Positions 9,718 through 18,966 of a stretch of DNA of 64,000 bases are shown one piece after another (position 1 is the first letter of the stretch; every line of letters starts with the position of its first letter). This stretch comes from Caldisericia bacterium. GTDB taxonomy: Bacteria; Caldisericota; Caldisericia; JAAYUI01. The notes under the pieces are model-generated. The model saw only the letters and a program-made list of their open reading frames with translations. It did not search any database and had not been told where the DNA came from. The stretch covers positions 448,001 to 512,000 of the forward strand of contig OY771555.1 in NCBI GenBank assembly GCA_963674785.1. The letters run 5' to 3'. The position numbers were made by a program, and so were the translations under genes.

Positions 9718-11415
9718 ATGGAGATGCATTACAAAAAAGCATTGATTGTCGCAATTAGTCTTTTGATTATTGCGGTTTTCTTTTTCCCTTTTTCTGGAGC
9801 AGATAGCCACACTAGTAATCAAACAATCTTTCCCCCAGAAGAGATTGCAAAATATTTCTATCCAAAAACTTACAGTATTCCATATTCTCTTCCAAACATC
9901 TGTTTTCAAATTGGGAATAGTATACATGTTAGAGATTGTGAAACTGGAATGACAAAGAATATATTCAATTTAAAAGATAATGAGTTTCAAATCCTTTTTG
10001 ATGAAAAATCAGTTTTTACCTATCAGCATGAGAAGGGTTATGATCAGAAAAAACAGAAATTCAGAAAAATTGATTACGATGGGTTGGTCGAAGAGTTTGA
10101 GATAAACTATGTCGACTTCAAAATCACCGGTGAAGAGAGGATAGATTATCGATACAAAATTTCCGATAACCAACTATATCAGTTAGTGATAAAGAAAACT
10201 ATAACTGAAATCTCCCCCTGGGAGGAGGAGATCAAAAGTGTGTTGTATGTTGATTCAAAAGATGGAGTGCTTTGGGAAAAAACAGCCGAAGATGGACATG
10301 AGTTTTTCTTTGGGAAAGGAGACCTGATACAGGGTTTAGATATTGTTTATGTAACCAACGCATCCAAATCATCTGAAGGATATAAAGAAGAAATAGTAGC
10401 TTTTGATTTATTGACAGGTCAGGAATTATTCAGAAGAGAGGGTATGTTTGTCATGCATACATCATGGCACCAGTGGAAGACAAGTTTTTTATACATTCAA
10501 CCTGAGATAAACAATATCGATAAAACTGAGATAATAAATAGTAAAACTGGAGAATTGTTGTATAGTGGAGATAGGTCATACTACCCGTACTTTCTGGATG
10601 ACATAATCTGGATAACAACAGCTTCCCAAAGCAACTGGTATAAGTACGATGAATCAGACCCTATCAAAATCTTAAAGATAGATATGTCCGGTGAAGTACT
10701 AGAAAAAATTGATTTCAATCCAAAAACACCAGGAAGGTCATACAATAACTGCAAGATAATCTCAGAGAATATTGCGATGATGGTTGACAGTAGACAAACC
10801 AGATTTTTCAACTTCCGATCCAATCAGCAACTCTATGTTTACCCAAGAAAAATAAATAATGCATATATTCATGACTCACTAATAATCTGTCAGGATGATT
10901 ACAGACTTTTTGCACTTGATAAGCTCACATTCGACCTTGTCTGGGAATTGGAAATAGTTGAGTCATACAAAGTAGATATTGTTGAATCGGATTCTCAATA
11001 CTTACTCGGTTACAAATATCAAAACATCAACTCAGAATGTATTGAAAGATCTGATTATCCAGAATGCAAAACATTGAGAATCAAAGCTATAAATAAAGCT
11101 GACATGTCAGTTGAGCCATATGAATACAGGATTAACCCATGCATATTTGATATGGATGACATCGTCTTTTCTCCGTATGGTCTTTTGTTTATTGGCAGAG
11201 AGACTCTGAGTCTGTATCGACCTGAAAACATCAAGGTTTATGAGGTCAGATTAATCGGAGAGATAATAGAACATAAAATCACTGATGACCCGAGATATAT
11301 TGAAATCACATATCTTTATTCAAAATCCAATAATGAATATAAAACTGTGATTTTTGATGTTGAGATGGGGACGTGGGAAAAGAAAACACTCGAATCCTCA
11401 GAATCTCAAAAATGA
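9718..11415 (+). CDS. Secreted PQQ-like beta-propeller protein, paralog family 2 (divergent)
   Basis: Signal peptide; DGVLWEK, DLLTGQELFR, DLVWE; EPYEY..SPYGLL..LYRP. Confidence 0.75.
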   Translation: MEMHYKKALIVAISLLIIAVFFFPFSGADSHTSNQTIFPPEEIAKYFYPKTYSIPYSLPNICFQIGNSIHVRDCETGMTKNIFNLKDNEFQILFDEKSVFTYQHEKGYDQKKQKFRKIDYDGLVEEFEINYVDFKITGEERIDYRYKISDNQLYQLVIKKTITEISPWEEEIKSVLYVDSKDGVLWEKTAEDGHEFFFGKGDLIQGLDIVYVTNASKSSEGYKEEIVAFDLLTGQELFRREGMFVMHTSWHQWKTSFLYIQPEINNIDKTEIINSKTGELLYSGDRSYYPYFLDDIIWITTASQSNWYKYDESDPIKILKIDMSGEVLEKIDFNPKTPGRSYNNCKIISENIAMMVDSRQTRFFNFRSNQQLYVYPRKINNAYIHDSLIICQDDYRLFALDKLTFDLVWELEIVESYKVDIVESDSQYLLGYKYQNINSECIERSDYPECKTLRIKAINKADMSVEPYEYRINPCIFDMDDIVFSPYGLLFIGRETLSLYRPENIKVYEVRLIGEIIEHKITDDPRYIEITYLYSKSNNEYKTVIFDVEMGTWEKKTLESSESQK

Positions 11416-11430
11416 TTTGAATAAGAAAGT

Positions 11431-11463
11431 GCACCTCAAACATTAAAAACATGCTTGAGGTGC
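11431..11463. terminator. Hairpin between convergent genes
   Basis: GCACCTCAAACAT-7nt-ATGCTTGAGGTGC. Confidence 0.6.
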
Positions 11464-11482
11464 CCAGAACTTATGCCAAAAT

Positions 11483-12268
11483 CTAAATTCTTCTAGTCAG
11501 TGCACTTTTTGTTGCATATGCTGCAACCGCAATCAATCCAAAGGCAAGCGGCCAGGTGATGTCAATAATTCCACCAGTTTTATATGTTCCAGTATTCATC
11601 AAAATATTAAAGAATTGATCACCAATAAAGTACAAAATAAATCCAGCAATCATAATCCAAAGCTGGTTTCCGATGATCCCACCAAGCAGTGATGATGCAA
11701 GCAAAACCGTAAAGAAAACCAACAAAGGATCCAAAATTGCATATAGATAGGTAACAATAATGCCAAGCTGTGTTATCTCTTCACCAGCCTGTGCAGCAAG
11801 TACTAGACCTGTTTTTGACAGTGAAATTGCCCAGAACAATGCAAGCCCAAGAATCACAAGCGAGACAATCCATCCCCACATTGGGACTTCAGATTTAAGC
11901 GATTTCCAAAGGAAATAGATACCTATCATCACGAATACCGCAAGTAGCATGAAAAAAATATCCGTGTAGAAAGGAAACGGAACAGTCTGTTTTGTTATTA
12001 GCTCATAGAGGAAATAAATTATCTGGCCAATTCCCCACGAAAGTACACCAAGCCCAATAAACATCCAACCTGTTCTGCTTGAATCACCTCTGTCGAAGAC
12101 ATTCATTGTGATAAAGCAGAAGATTGCTGAGATGAAAGCTGCCAGCATCTGGACAATATTACTGTATGTTGCAATCACAGATCCAGACGTTTCCATTGCC
12201 CCAAAGAGCAACAGAAGCAAAAGGGGGATAGCCCACAAAAACAGCATAACAATCGAAGATAAGTTCAT
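11483..12268 (-). CDS. Polytopic membrane protein (about 8 TM), resembling stand-alone membrane sensor domains of GGDEF proteins/kinases
   Basis: Hydrophobic helices with motifs 'RTGWMFIGLGVLSWGIGQIIY..YE..PFP.YTDIFF' and 'YAILD', 'GDQFF..YKTGGIIDITWPLAF'. Confidence 0.7.
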   Translation of the reverse strand: MNLSSIVMLFLWAIPLLLLLLFGAMETSGSVIATYSNIVQMLAAFISAIFCFITMNVFDRGDSSRTGWMFIGLGVLSWGIGQIIYFLYELITKQTVPFPFYTDIFFMLLAVFVMIGIYFLWKSLKSEVPMWGWIVSLVILGLALFWAISLSKTGLVLAAQAGEEITQLGIIVTYLYAILDPLLVFFTVLLASSLLGGIIGNQLWIMIAGFILYFIGDQFFNILMNTGTYKTGGIIDITWPLAFGLIAVAAYATKSALTRRI

Positions 12269-12286
12269 TTTATTTCCTTTCTTTAT

Positions 12287-13060
12287 CTATTTTTCAAGAT
12301 ATTCAATATCGCTTCTCATTTTAAAATGGAGGTCTTTCTTTGCCTTCTCAATCACCTTTGAAACAAACGTTTTTGAAACAACTCCATTTAATGCTTCATT
12401 CAACCCGATAAACCGCCTCTTTATATCATCTATAGCGATACAGGCAGGATACTCTTCGGCTCTTTCAATGATGCTTTTTGTAAGCTTATCGCACATCCCT
12501 TGCCCAAAGAGGCTTTTTACGCCAAGCAAAATATTTTTTTCGTATGCCTCAAGAGATGCAATAAGAGTCTCATCAAAAGAGCAAGAAATCCTTCCGATTC
12601 CAACTGCATATAACAAAACTGTTATACTGCTGGAAAAGAGCTTGCCACCTGAATAGAGATCTGATAATCTTCCACCTGTTCTCATCTCAACAGGCAAAAG
12701 TGATTGATTTATTGTCGAATCAAAAGTCATTGGGCTTTCGGTTGTCTTAAAATAAAGAAAATCGAAAAATGGAACTCTACCCATAAAACGCTCATCCAAT
12801 CCAGAAACTACCTCAAGAAGGGTCTTATTATAATCAAACTCATCTTCGTTTCCCGCTTTGCCTTCGGATAAATCAAAAATACTCGCCAAAAGAATTTCCT
12901 TCAGTTTTTCAGGATCAGAGCATGTTTTGACAACTCCACTTTTTAACCCGACTGACACACCATTATTAAAAAGAATTGAGCCTGAATAAAGATTAGTGGC
13001 ATGTCTTCCTACAATCTGCAATCCAATTGTGTCTTTACATTCCATATACACATAGTACAT
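12287..13060 (-). CDS. Hypothetical cytoplasmic protein (possible PATAN/DUF4388-like N-terminus)
   Basis: 257-aa ORF co-oriented with the membrane gene; weak 'GSILFNNG..LLEVVSGLDE' resemblance. Confidence 0.5.
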   Translation of the reverse strand: MYYVYMECKDTIGLQIVGRHATNLYSGSILFNNGVSVGLKSGVVKTCSDPEKLKEILLASIFDLSEGKAGNEDEFDYNKTLLEVVSGLDERFMGRVPFFDFLYFKTTESPMTFDSTINQSLLPVEMRTGGRLSDLYSGGKLFSSSITVLLYAVGIGRISCSFDETLIASLEAYEKNILLGVKSLFGQGMCDKLTKSIIERAEEYPACIAIDDIKRRFIGLNEALNGVVSKTFVSKVIEKAKKDLHFKMRSDIEYLEK

Positions 13061-13140
13061 AGATTGTCTATATTGTCAAATAGTTAACTCATTATAATTA
13101 AGAATTATTAATTATAATCTAGCTGACTTTTTAACTAAAT

Positions 13141-13168
13141 CTGCCCAGTGCAATACTACACTGGGCAG
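13141..13168 (-). terminator. Intrinsic terminator-like hairpin
   Basis: CTGCCCAGTG-8nt-CACTGGGCAG just past the stop of 13189-15417. Confidence 0.6.
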
Positions 13169-13188
13169 CAAAAACTGAAATCGATTTT

Positions 13189-15417
13189 CTACTTCAAAAG
13201 TTTTTCAAACTCCTCACTAAACTCAGTTTCAAGTTCTGGGCTAAATCCAACTTTTGTGAAGGCTTTTTGGCCTTTTGAATCAAGGATGACAAAATGAGGA
13301 ATTCCACCAATTCTGAAGACATCTGTAAGTCTTTCCTCGGTATCAACAAGAACAGTCCATGGAATCTCGTGTTCTTCCACCATCCCCTGAGCTGTTTCCA
13401 TGTCTTCTCCTTTATCAACAGAAATTATTGTGACTTTGTCTTTGTATTTTTCATGAAGTGCTTTGAGTGCCGGAAGTGCTCTAATGCACCACACACACCA
13501 TGAAGCTGTAAAATCAAGTAATACTGGTTTCCCAAGATAATCATCAATCTTGTGAGTGTTGCCTTCTGTGTCTGTGAATTCGTAGCCACCAAACTTGCAA
13601 AGGGGATTTGTATAATCAATAGTTATTATTTTTTTGTCAGCATTCCAGCCCACAAAAAAGCCAAGAGATTCAGATATAAACCTGAGTGGAAGCATGGTTC
13701 TTCCGTTTTCGATGAACGGGACAACCTCATCATTTCCATCTTCTATCTTTGCATCATTGCCATTTACTACAGCATCGGGTTTTCCAATCCAAAGCTTTAT
13801 TTTATCTCCAACAATACCTGTGATTTCAACCGCTCTTTCATCCTCAATCCAGGAAAGCTCAGCTCCAGCTTTTTCAAGGATACTTCTAATCTCAACAAAT
13901 GTTCTGTCACTATTTATCATTGGTGCAGAGTCAAGGTTCTTTTCAATCGAAATCCCGTTTGTTGCCCAGCTTTTGTTTCCAATCTGCAGATACATTTTGT
14001 GGGTGCACTCAGAATCATTCATCTCAGTCAAAATATCTGAAAGATCCCCAGAGACCATCTCTTCATCATACTGATACCTCACCAAAGGTCTTGTGTTTTC
14101 TACAGTATCTTGAAATGTATATATCCCATATTTAGAAAACGCCAGAGATTCCCTTGAGGAAATCCTTATGTCTCTATCCAGCCAGGAAAGCTCACCACTT
14201 TTCAGATCAATTTTTCCGAGATAGAAACTATTCCCCTTATCTGAAACTGGGAGATAGGCATAATCATTTGTGGCGTAAACATTTGAATGAAAAATGAGAT
14301 TAACATTTTGTATTGAATTGAGATGTTTCAAATCAGACCTGTTAAAAATCTGTACTCTTTCCTTTTGGACAAGCACAATGTACTGGTGGTTTACAGCAAA
14401 CTCTGCATCATAATATGAAAATTCAGAGTCAAGCTGGACTTTTTCGGTTATTTCTGTTTCCATATCATAACAAACAAGCTCGACAATCTCTGTTTCAATA
14501 TCCTCGATTGTCAGATAAAGCTTTTCTTCAAAGAAACACATGTTGTCTCCCTCGTGGAATTTGCCCTCTTCACCAAGAAGAGTTTTTGGGTTTCCATCTG
14601 CATCAATCTCGAGAAGCTTGTTTGCACCATCGTTCAAATCAAACACCCCATAGACTTTGTCTTGATATGTGTAGATGAACGGGAAAATCCCGCTGAGATC
14701 AAGGTCTTTATCATACTCAACCTTGCCTGTAAGCTCAAAATTCTCAAGCGAATAAATAAGGATTCCCTCTGATGCCATGCCTTCGGGATCACCTAAAACA
14801 TACTTAGAAAACATCTTGCCATCCATAACCACAGGAGGAAGAAGATAACCCCAATAGTTGCCCTCTGAATTATCAACCTCCAGTGAGTTATACAAATCCT
14901 GCCTCGCAAGCTCTCTTCCAAATTTCACATCAAAAATATGGATGCCGGTTGAAAGGTCTGTGTAGAATAGATTATCTCCGTCAACTGTGAGAACAAAGGG
15001 TCTACCTTCTCCAATCACAGTAGACCATTTTTCTGTAAGTTTCTCAGAATCCAGACACTTGATAATGTACTGGTCTTTGGTCTCTGATTCTTCACCAACA
15101 TCTTTTCCAACAACAAAAAGAAAACCATTCTGTTCAACAATATTTGCGTATCCTGTTTTGAAGTCTTGATCAATGAACTCAGCTTTTTTTGTTGGCCTTG
15201 AAAGGGTTTCGTCACAATCAATGATTCCTGGTGGGATATAACCAGTTCCGTCAAAACCGCCACGCCAGGTTGGGAATGAAAACTCATCATCACCATAAAG
15301 AGTGGGCGCTGGATCATTTGCAGTAATTGCAACTGCAAATCCTGCAATATTCACATTGAATGTGAAAAAAAGCATCGTGATAAGTGCCACTGTAATCAGA
15401 ATTCTAACCTTACTCAT
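13189..15417 (-). CDS. Secreted PQQ-like propeller + copper-amine-oxidase-N (stalk) + TlpA-type thioredoxin fusion
   Basis: RBS GGAGG before ATG 15417; signal peptide; FPTWRGG..GTG; APMINSDRTFVEIR and PFIENGRTMLPLRFISESLG; GKPVLLDFTASWCVWC...IGGIPHFVILD. Confidence 0.85.
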   Translation of the reverse strand: MSKVRILITVALITMLFFTFNVNIAGFAVAITANDPAPTLYGDDEFSFPTWRGGFDGTGYIPPGIIDCDETLSRPTKKAEFIDQDFKTGYANIVEQNGFLFVVGKDVGEESETKDQYIIKCLDSEKLTEKWSTVIGEGRPFVLTVDGDNLFYTDLSTGIHIFDVKFGRELARQDLYNSLEVDNSEGNYWGYLLPPVVMDGKMFSKYVLGDPEGMASEGILIYSLENFELTGKVEYDKDLDLSGIFPFIYTYQDKVYGVFDLNDGANKLLEIDADGNPKTLLGEEGKFHEGDNMCFFEEKLYLTIEDIETEIVELVCYDMETEITEKVQLDSEFSYYDAEFAVNHQYIVLVQKERVQIFNRSDLKHLNSIQNVNLIFHSNVYATNDYAYLPVSDKGNSFYLGKIDLKSGELSWLDRDIRISSRESLAFSKYGIYTFQDTVENTRPLVRYQYDEEMVSGDLSDILTEMNDSECTHKMYLQIGNKSWATNGISIEKNLDSAPMINSDRTFVEIRSILEKAGAELSWIEDERAVEITGIVGDKIKLWIGKPDAVVNGNDAKIEDGNDEVVPFIENGRTMLPLRFISESLGFFVGWNADKKIITIDYTNPLCKFGGYEFTDTEGNTHKIDDYLGKPVLLDFTASWCVWCIRALPALKALHEKYKDKVTIISVDKGEDMETAQGMVEEHEIPWTVLVDTEERLTDVFRIGGIPHFVILDSKGQKAFTKVGFSPELETEFSEEFEKLLK

Positions 15418-15604
15418 ATTCAAATCCTCCGAAATTGGATTGCAATACTTCAAATATACGCACAGGTCACTCTTGTTCAATCTCAATTACAGAGTAATTC
15501 AGATTAAGATTGGACTACCAAAATATTCTGAAGATATTGGGAGTATTTGCATTAACACTGATGTGTTCATATAATCAACTCAAAGAGTTTGATGGAGGAT
15601 AATC

Positions 15605-17122
15605 ATGAAAAAGATTATAGGAGTTTTATTTTTCTGTCTCGTTGTGATCATTACTTTTTCTACCTGTACTGAAGATTTTCTATATATGCACCTAAACAGC
15701 ATTCCCATTAGCGAAGATGAATTTAATACATACATAAGTAAATATACTAAACAAACATTGGACAACTCAATAGCCCTCGACTCAAAAGACAATCCTCATA
15801 TTGTTTGGTGTGATCGGATCAAGAACAATGAAAATTATTCAAGAAAATACCGTGTAAACTACATAAAATGGGACTCAGATTTAAGTAAATGGTTATGCGC
15901 AAATGGAGATATATATGATCCAATAAGTGATAATGCCAACATAAGTGGATTTAGAGATGGGAGCTCGAAACCAAAAATAATCCTGGATGAAAATGATATT
16001 CCACACATTATGTGGAATGATGATCGTAGATACTCATCAGTAGGATATTTCATTTATATAAAATGGGATACCAAAAAAACCTACTGGGTTCGAGAAACGG
16101 GTGAAAAATATATACCTATCGACACAACAGAAACAATAAGCTCCGGCACTCCATTTGGCTTTTGTTTTTTACTAGATTCAAAGGGAAATCCGCATATTCT
16201 TTGGGAAACTCACGGTAGTTATGAAGATAGATATTGTCAAATAGTTCAGTATGCAAAATGGGATGACACAAAAAAGCTTTGGGTTGATGCCCATGGCGAC
16301 GAATATAACAAGAAAAAGAGTAATGTTGAAATTTTTGGAAAAGGATATGATTTCCAATCAACTCTCGCACTTGACTCAAAAGATAACGCACACATTGCAT
16401 GGGTAAATCCAAACCATGACGGGATTACAAAAATCCATCATACTAAATGGGATGCAAAACTTGATTGTTGGGTAAATATTGATGGCACAAAATATGACCA
16501 CCAAAAAGATGCTGACAATATAACAAAAAATGGTTTCGATAGGTTTGTAACTGACCTTTCAATTGATTTAGATTCAAAAGATATTCCACACATTCTATGG
16601 AATAATTATGATTGGGGAGAAGATAATAGTAAGCTACAATATATAAAGTGGGATAATCAAACTAAAAAATGGATTTGTAGCAACAATGAAGAATTTGATC
16701 CAATTTCAAACCCTGGACAAATTACCGGTGAGATGCACTTAAGAAAGTATCGGATTTATTCAAAACTTTTATTGGATAAAAATGACAATCCAAACATCAT
16801 TTTTCATGATGAATTCTGGGACAAAGAGATTAGAAAAGATTTTGGAAAGATTTATTTCATAAAATGGAACCCCAATGGAAAATCGTGGATTCGTGTTGAT
16901 GGTGATCCGTTTAACCCAGATAGCAATAACGCACTAATCAGCGGAGATAGAAATGTTTATTACCCAAACTTTGCACTTGACTCAAAAAATAATCCACATG
17001 TTGTTTGGTCAAGATTTTTCGAGATCGATTTTCATGACAATAATGGAGTGATCTCGAATATTACTTCTGGAGTGAAAAAGATTGGAAGTTTAAAAAATAA
17101 CATCCGAATTAAACAAATTTGA
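15605..17122 (+). CDS. Secreted LDSxxNPHIxW-repeat (propeller) protein; probable frameshift near the C-terminus
   Basis: Seven LD(S)KDNPHI(V/L)W...YIKWD repeats; another frame at 17044-17100 reads WSDLEYYFWSEKDWKFKK*, which completes the last repeat. Confidence 0.8.
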   Translation: MKKIIGVLFFCLVVIITFSTCTEDFLYMHLNSIPISEDEFNTYISKYTKQTLDNSIALDSKDNPHIVWCDRIKNNENYSRKYRVNYIKWDSDLSKWLCANGDIYDPISDNANISGFRDGSSKPKIILDENDIPHIMWNDDRRYSSVGYFIYIKWDTKKTYWVRETGEKYIPIDTTETISSGTPFGFCFLLDSKGNPHILWETHGSYEDRYCQIVQYAKWDDTKKLWVDAHGDEYNKKKSNVEIFGKGYDFQSTLALDSKDNAHIAWVNPNHDGITKIHHTKWDAKLDCWVNIDGTKYDHQKDADNITKNGFDRFVTDLSIDLDSKDIPHILWNNYDWGEDNSKLQYIKWDNQTKKWICSNNEEFDPISNPGQITGEMHLRKYRIYSKLLLDKNDNPNIIFHDEFWDKEIRKDFGKIYFIKWNPNGKSWIRVDGDPFNPDSNNALISGDRNVYYPNFALDSKNNPHVVWSRFFEIDFHDNNGVISNITSGVKKIGSLKNNIRIKQI

Positions 17123-17167
17123 CAGACAACTCCTCTTTAATTATCATCTTATCCACGAGGTGGAGTT

Positions 17168-17950
17168 ATGAAAAAAGTTTGGGTGTTTCTGCTTGTTTTG
17201 GTTCTTTTTGTTAGCCCTGTGATTGCACAAGAGGGTCTTCCAGATAATCTTTCTGCCAGTTTGGATGATGGACAAGTTATATTATCATGGAATGCTCCCG
17301 AAAATCATGAAGAGATTGATGGCTATAACATCTACCTCAAAACAAAAACAGAAATCTATGATGAATACACAGAAACACTTTTAAACAGTGAACCCATAAC
17401 CGAACTCCAATTTGTTCACGAAGAAGCAGAGCGTGAAAACAGCTATTTCTACAAAATAACCTCGGTTGACCATGATGGAAATGAATCTGTATTTTCAAAC
17501 GATATTGAGTTTTATTACCCGAAATTCATTGACCCAGTGGAAAACCTCGAAGCTGAGATTGATGATGGAAAAGTCTCGCTTTCCTGGGAATATGAATTCG
17601 CAGATGATGATGATGAAACAATCTTTTCCATATCAAGGAATGGTGAGGAACTCGAGTCAACAGAAAAACTGAGTTTCACAGATTTTGAACCGCCAAAAGA
17701 ACTGCTTGAATACACTATCACAGCAACAAAAGGTATTGACTTCAGCGAAACAGTGGAAGTCAAAGTTGACCTTGAAGAAAAAACATCCGAAAGAGAAATA
17801 AGATATGTCGGTGCAAAAAGCACCATGAAATTCCATCACGCAGATTGCCGCTATGTCAAAAGAATAAAGGAAGAAAACCGAGCCTATTTCTACACTCGGG
17901 AGGAAGCCATAGAGCAGGGATATGTTCCTTGCAAGGTTTGCACACCGTAA
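17168..17950 (+). CDS. Secreted fibronectin type III protein with C-terminal Ada-like metal-binding domain
   Basis: Signal peptide; LSWNAP..GYNIY..YFYKITSVDHDGNES (FN3); YVGAKSTMKFHHADC..FYTREEAIEQGYVPCKVCTP. Confidence 0.85.
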   Translation: MKKVWVFLLVLVLFVSPVIAQEGLPDNLSASLDDGQVILSWNAPENHEEIDGYNIYLKTKTEIYDEYTETLLNSEPITELQFVHEEAERENSYFYKITSVDHDGNESVFSNDIEFYYPKFIDPVENLEAEIDDGKVSLSWEYEFADDDDETIFSISRNGEELESTEKLSFTDFEPPKELLEYTITATKGIDFSETVEVKVDLEEKTSEREIRYVGAKSTMKFHHADCRYVKRIKEENRAYFYTREEAIEQGYVPCKVCTP

Positions 17951-17984
17951 AAACAGTCAGCCCAATAAAACGAAATTGAATTGA

Positions 17985-18422
17985 TTAGATATTGGATTTT
18001 CTAGGTTTGTGTCCACGAATTTGAAGAATAATCGAGATAAGGAAAAGTAGTGAAGCCAAAATCAAGAATTCCTGCTTTTTCAAAAAAGACAAGTGTATAA
18101 CAAAGAGAATAATTCCAATAATCCGGGTAAGAAAACCATAAAACTCAAAACCAGAGGCAAAGCCTCTATTTGAAGCATCTTTCTGCTGTTTTATGAAATT
18201 TGTTATCCAGAAAACAAAATAAAACAGCAGAAAAACTATGGAAACAGCAAAAAGAATCACTATTACCCTGAAGAAAAGGCTGTTTTTTGATGTAAAAATT
18301 ACAATTTATTCAAGGCAACACCAAAACAAAAACATCGCTGAGGTCACAACCTCATAAACAATGTTATTCTTTGGATTGTCATCTGTGATTTTTCTAAACC
18401 AATTCCCCAATTTCTGAAACAT
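17985..18422 (-). pseudogene. Small membrane protein, paralog of 18425-18853, with in-frame TAA at 18308-18306
   Basis: ATG 18422 reads MFQKLGNWFRKITDDNPKNNIVYEVV...CCLE*IVIF... in frame into ORF 17985-18260; N-terminus resembles FFDKITADNIHVNFVYDII of the neighbour. Confidence 0.7.
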
Positions 18423-18424
18423 CT

Positions 18425-18853
18425 CTACCCCTTCATATCAAACCTACTGAGCAGTTCCATTTCTCTCTCTTTGATATACATATGTGAAAAAAGAACGATA
18501 GAACCACCAAGATAAAGAATAGCAAAGATATATACAAAAATTGCATTACCAAGAAACAATACCTCAATCACCCTAAACATTATTCCAAGAAAACAAACAG
18601 AAAGGAAGATAGCAGAGTTTCTTGCATCAATAAACTGTTTGTTTCTTTTTCTTCTGAAAAGATTGATAAAAAGTAGTACCGTAAAAATCGCCCACAGAAT
18701 AAAAAAACTCCAAAAATCAATGAACCTGAATAGCTCAAAAAGATTTATAAGGATGATGATTATCACAAGACTTCTCAGGATTATATCATACACAAAATTC
18801 ACATGGATATTATCAGCCGTTATCTTGTCAAAAAAGTTTCTGTTTTCTTTCAC
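18425..18853 (-). CDS. Small 4-TM membrane protein
   Basis: 142-aa ORF with four hydrophobic segments. Confidence 0.65.
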   Translation of the reverse strand: MKENRNFFDKITADNIHVNFVYDIILRSLVIIIILINLFELFRFIDFWSFFILWAIFTVLLFINLFRRKRNKQFIDARNSAIFLSVCFLGIMFRVIEVLFLGNAIFVYIFAILYLGGSIVLFSHMYIKEREMELLSRFDMKG

Positions 18854-18966
18854 AAGACCACATTATACAGACCAAATTATATTTTTTAAACCTTTCATGA
18901 GCCTTTATAATATGTGCCATGTAGTTATGATATGATAGACATGCGAAAAATCCAAAGGGGTGTTAT

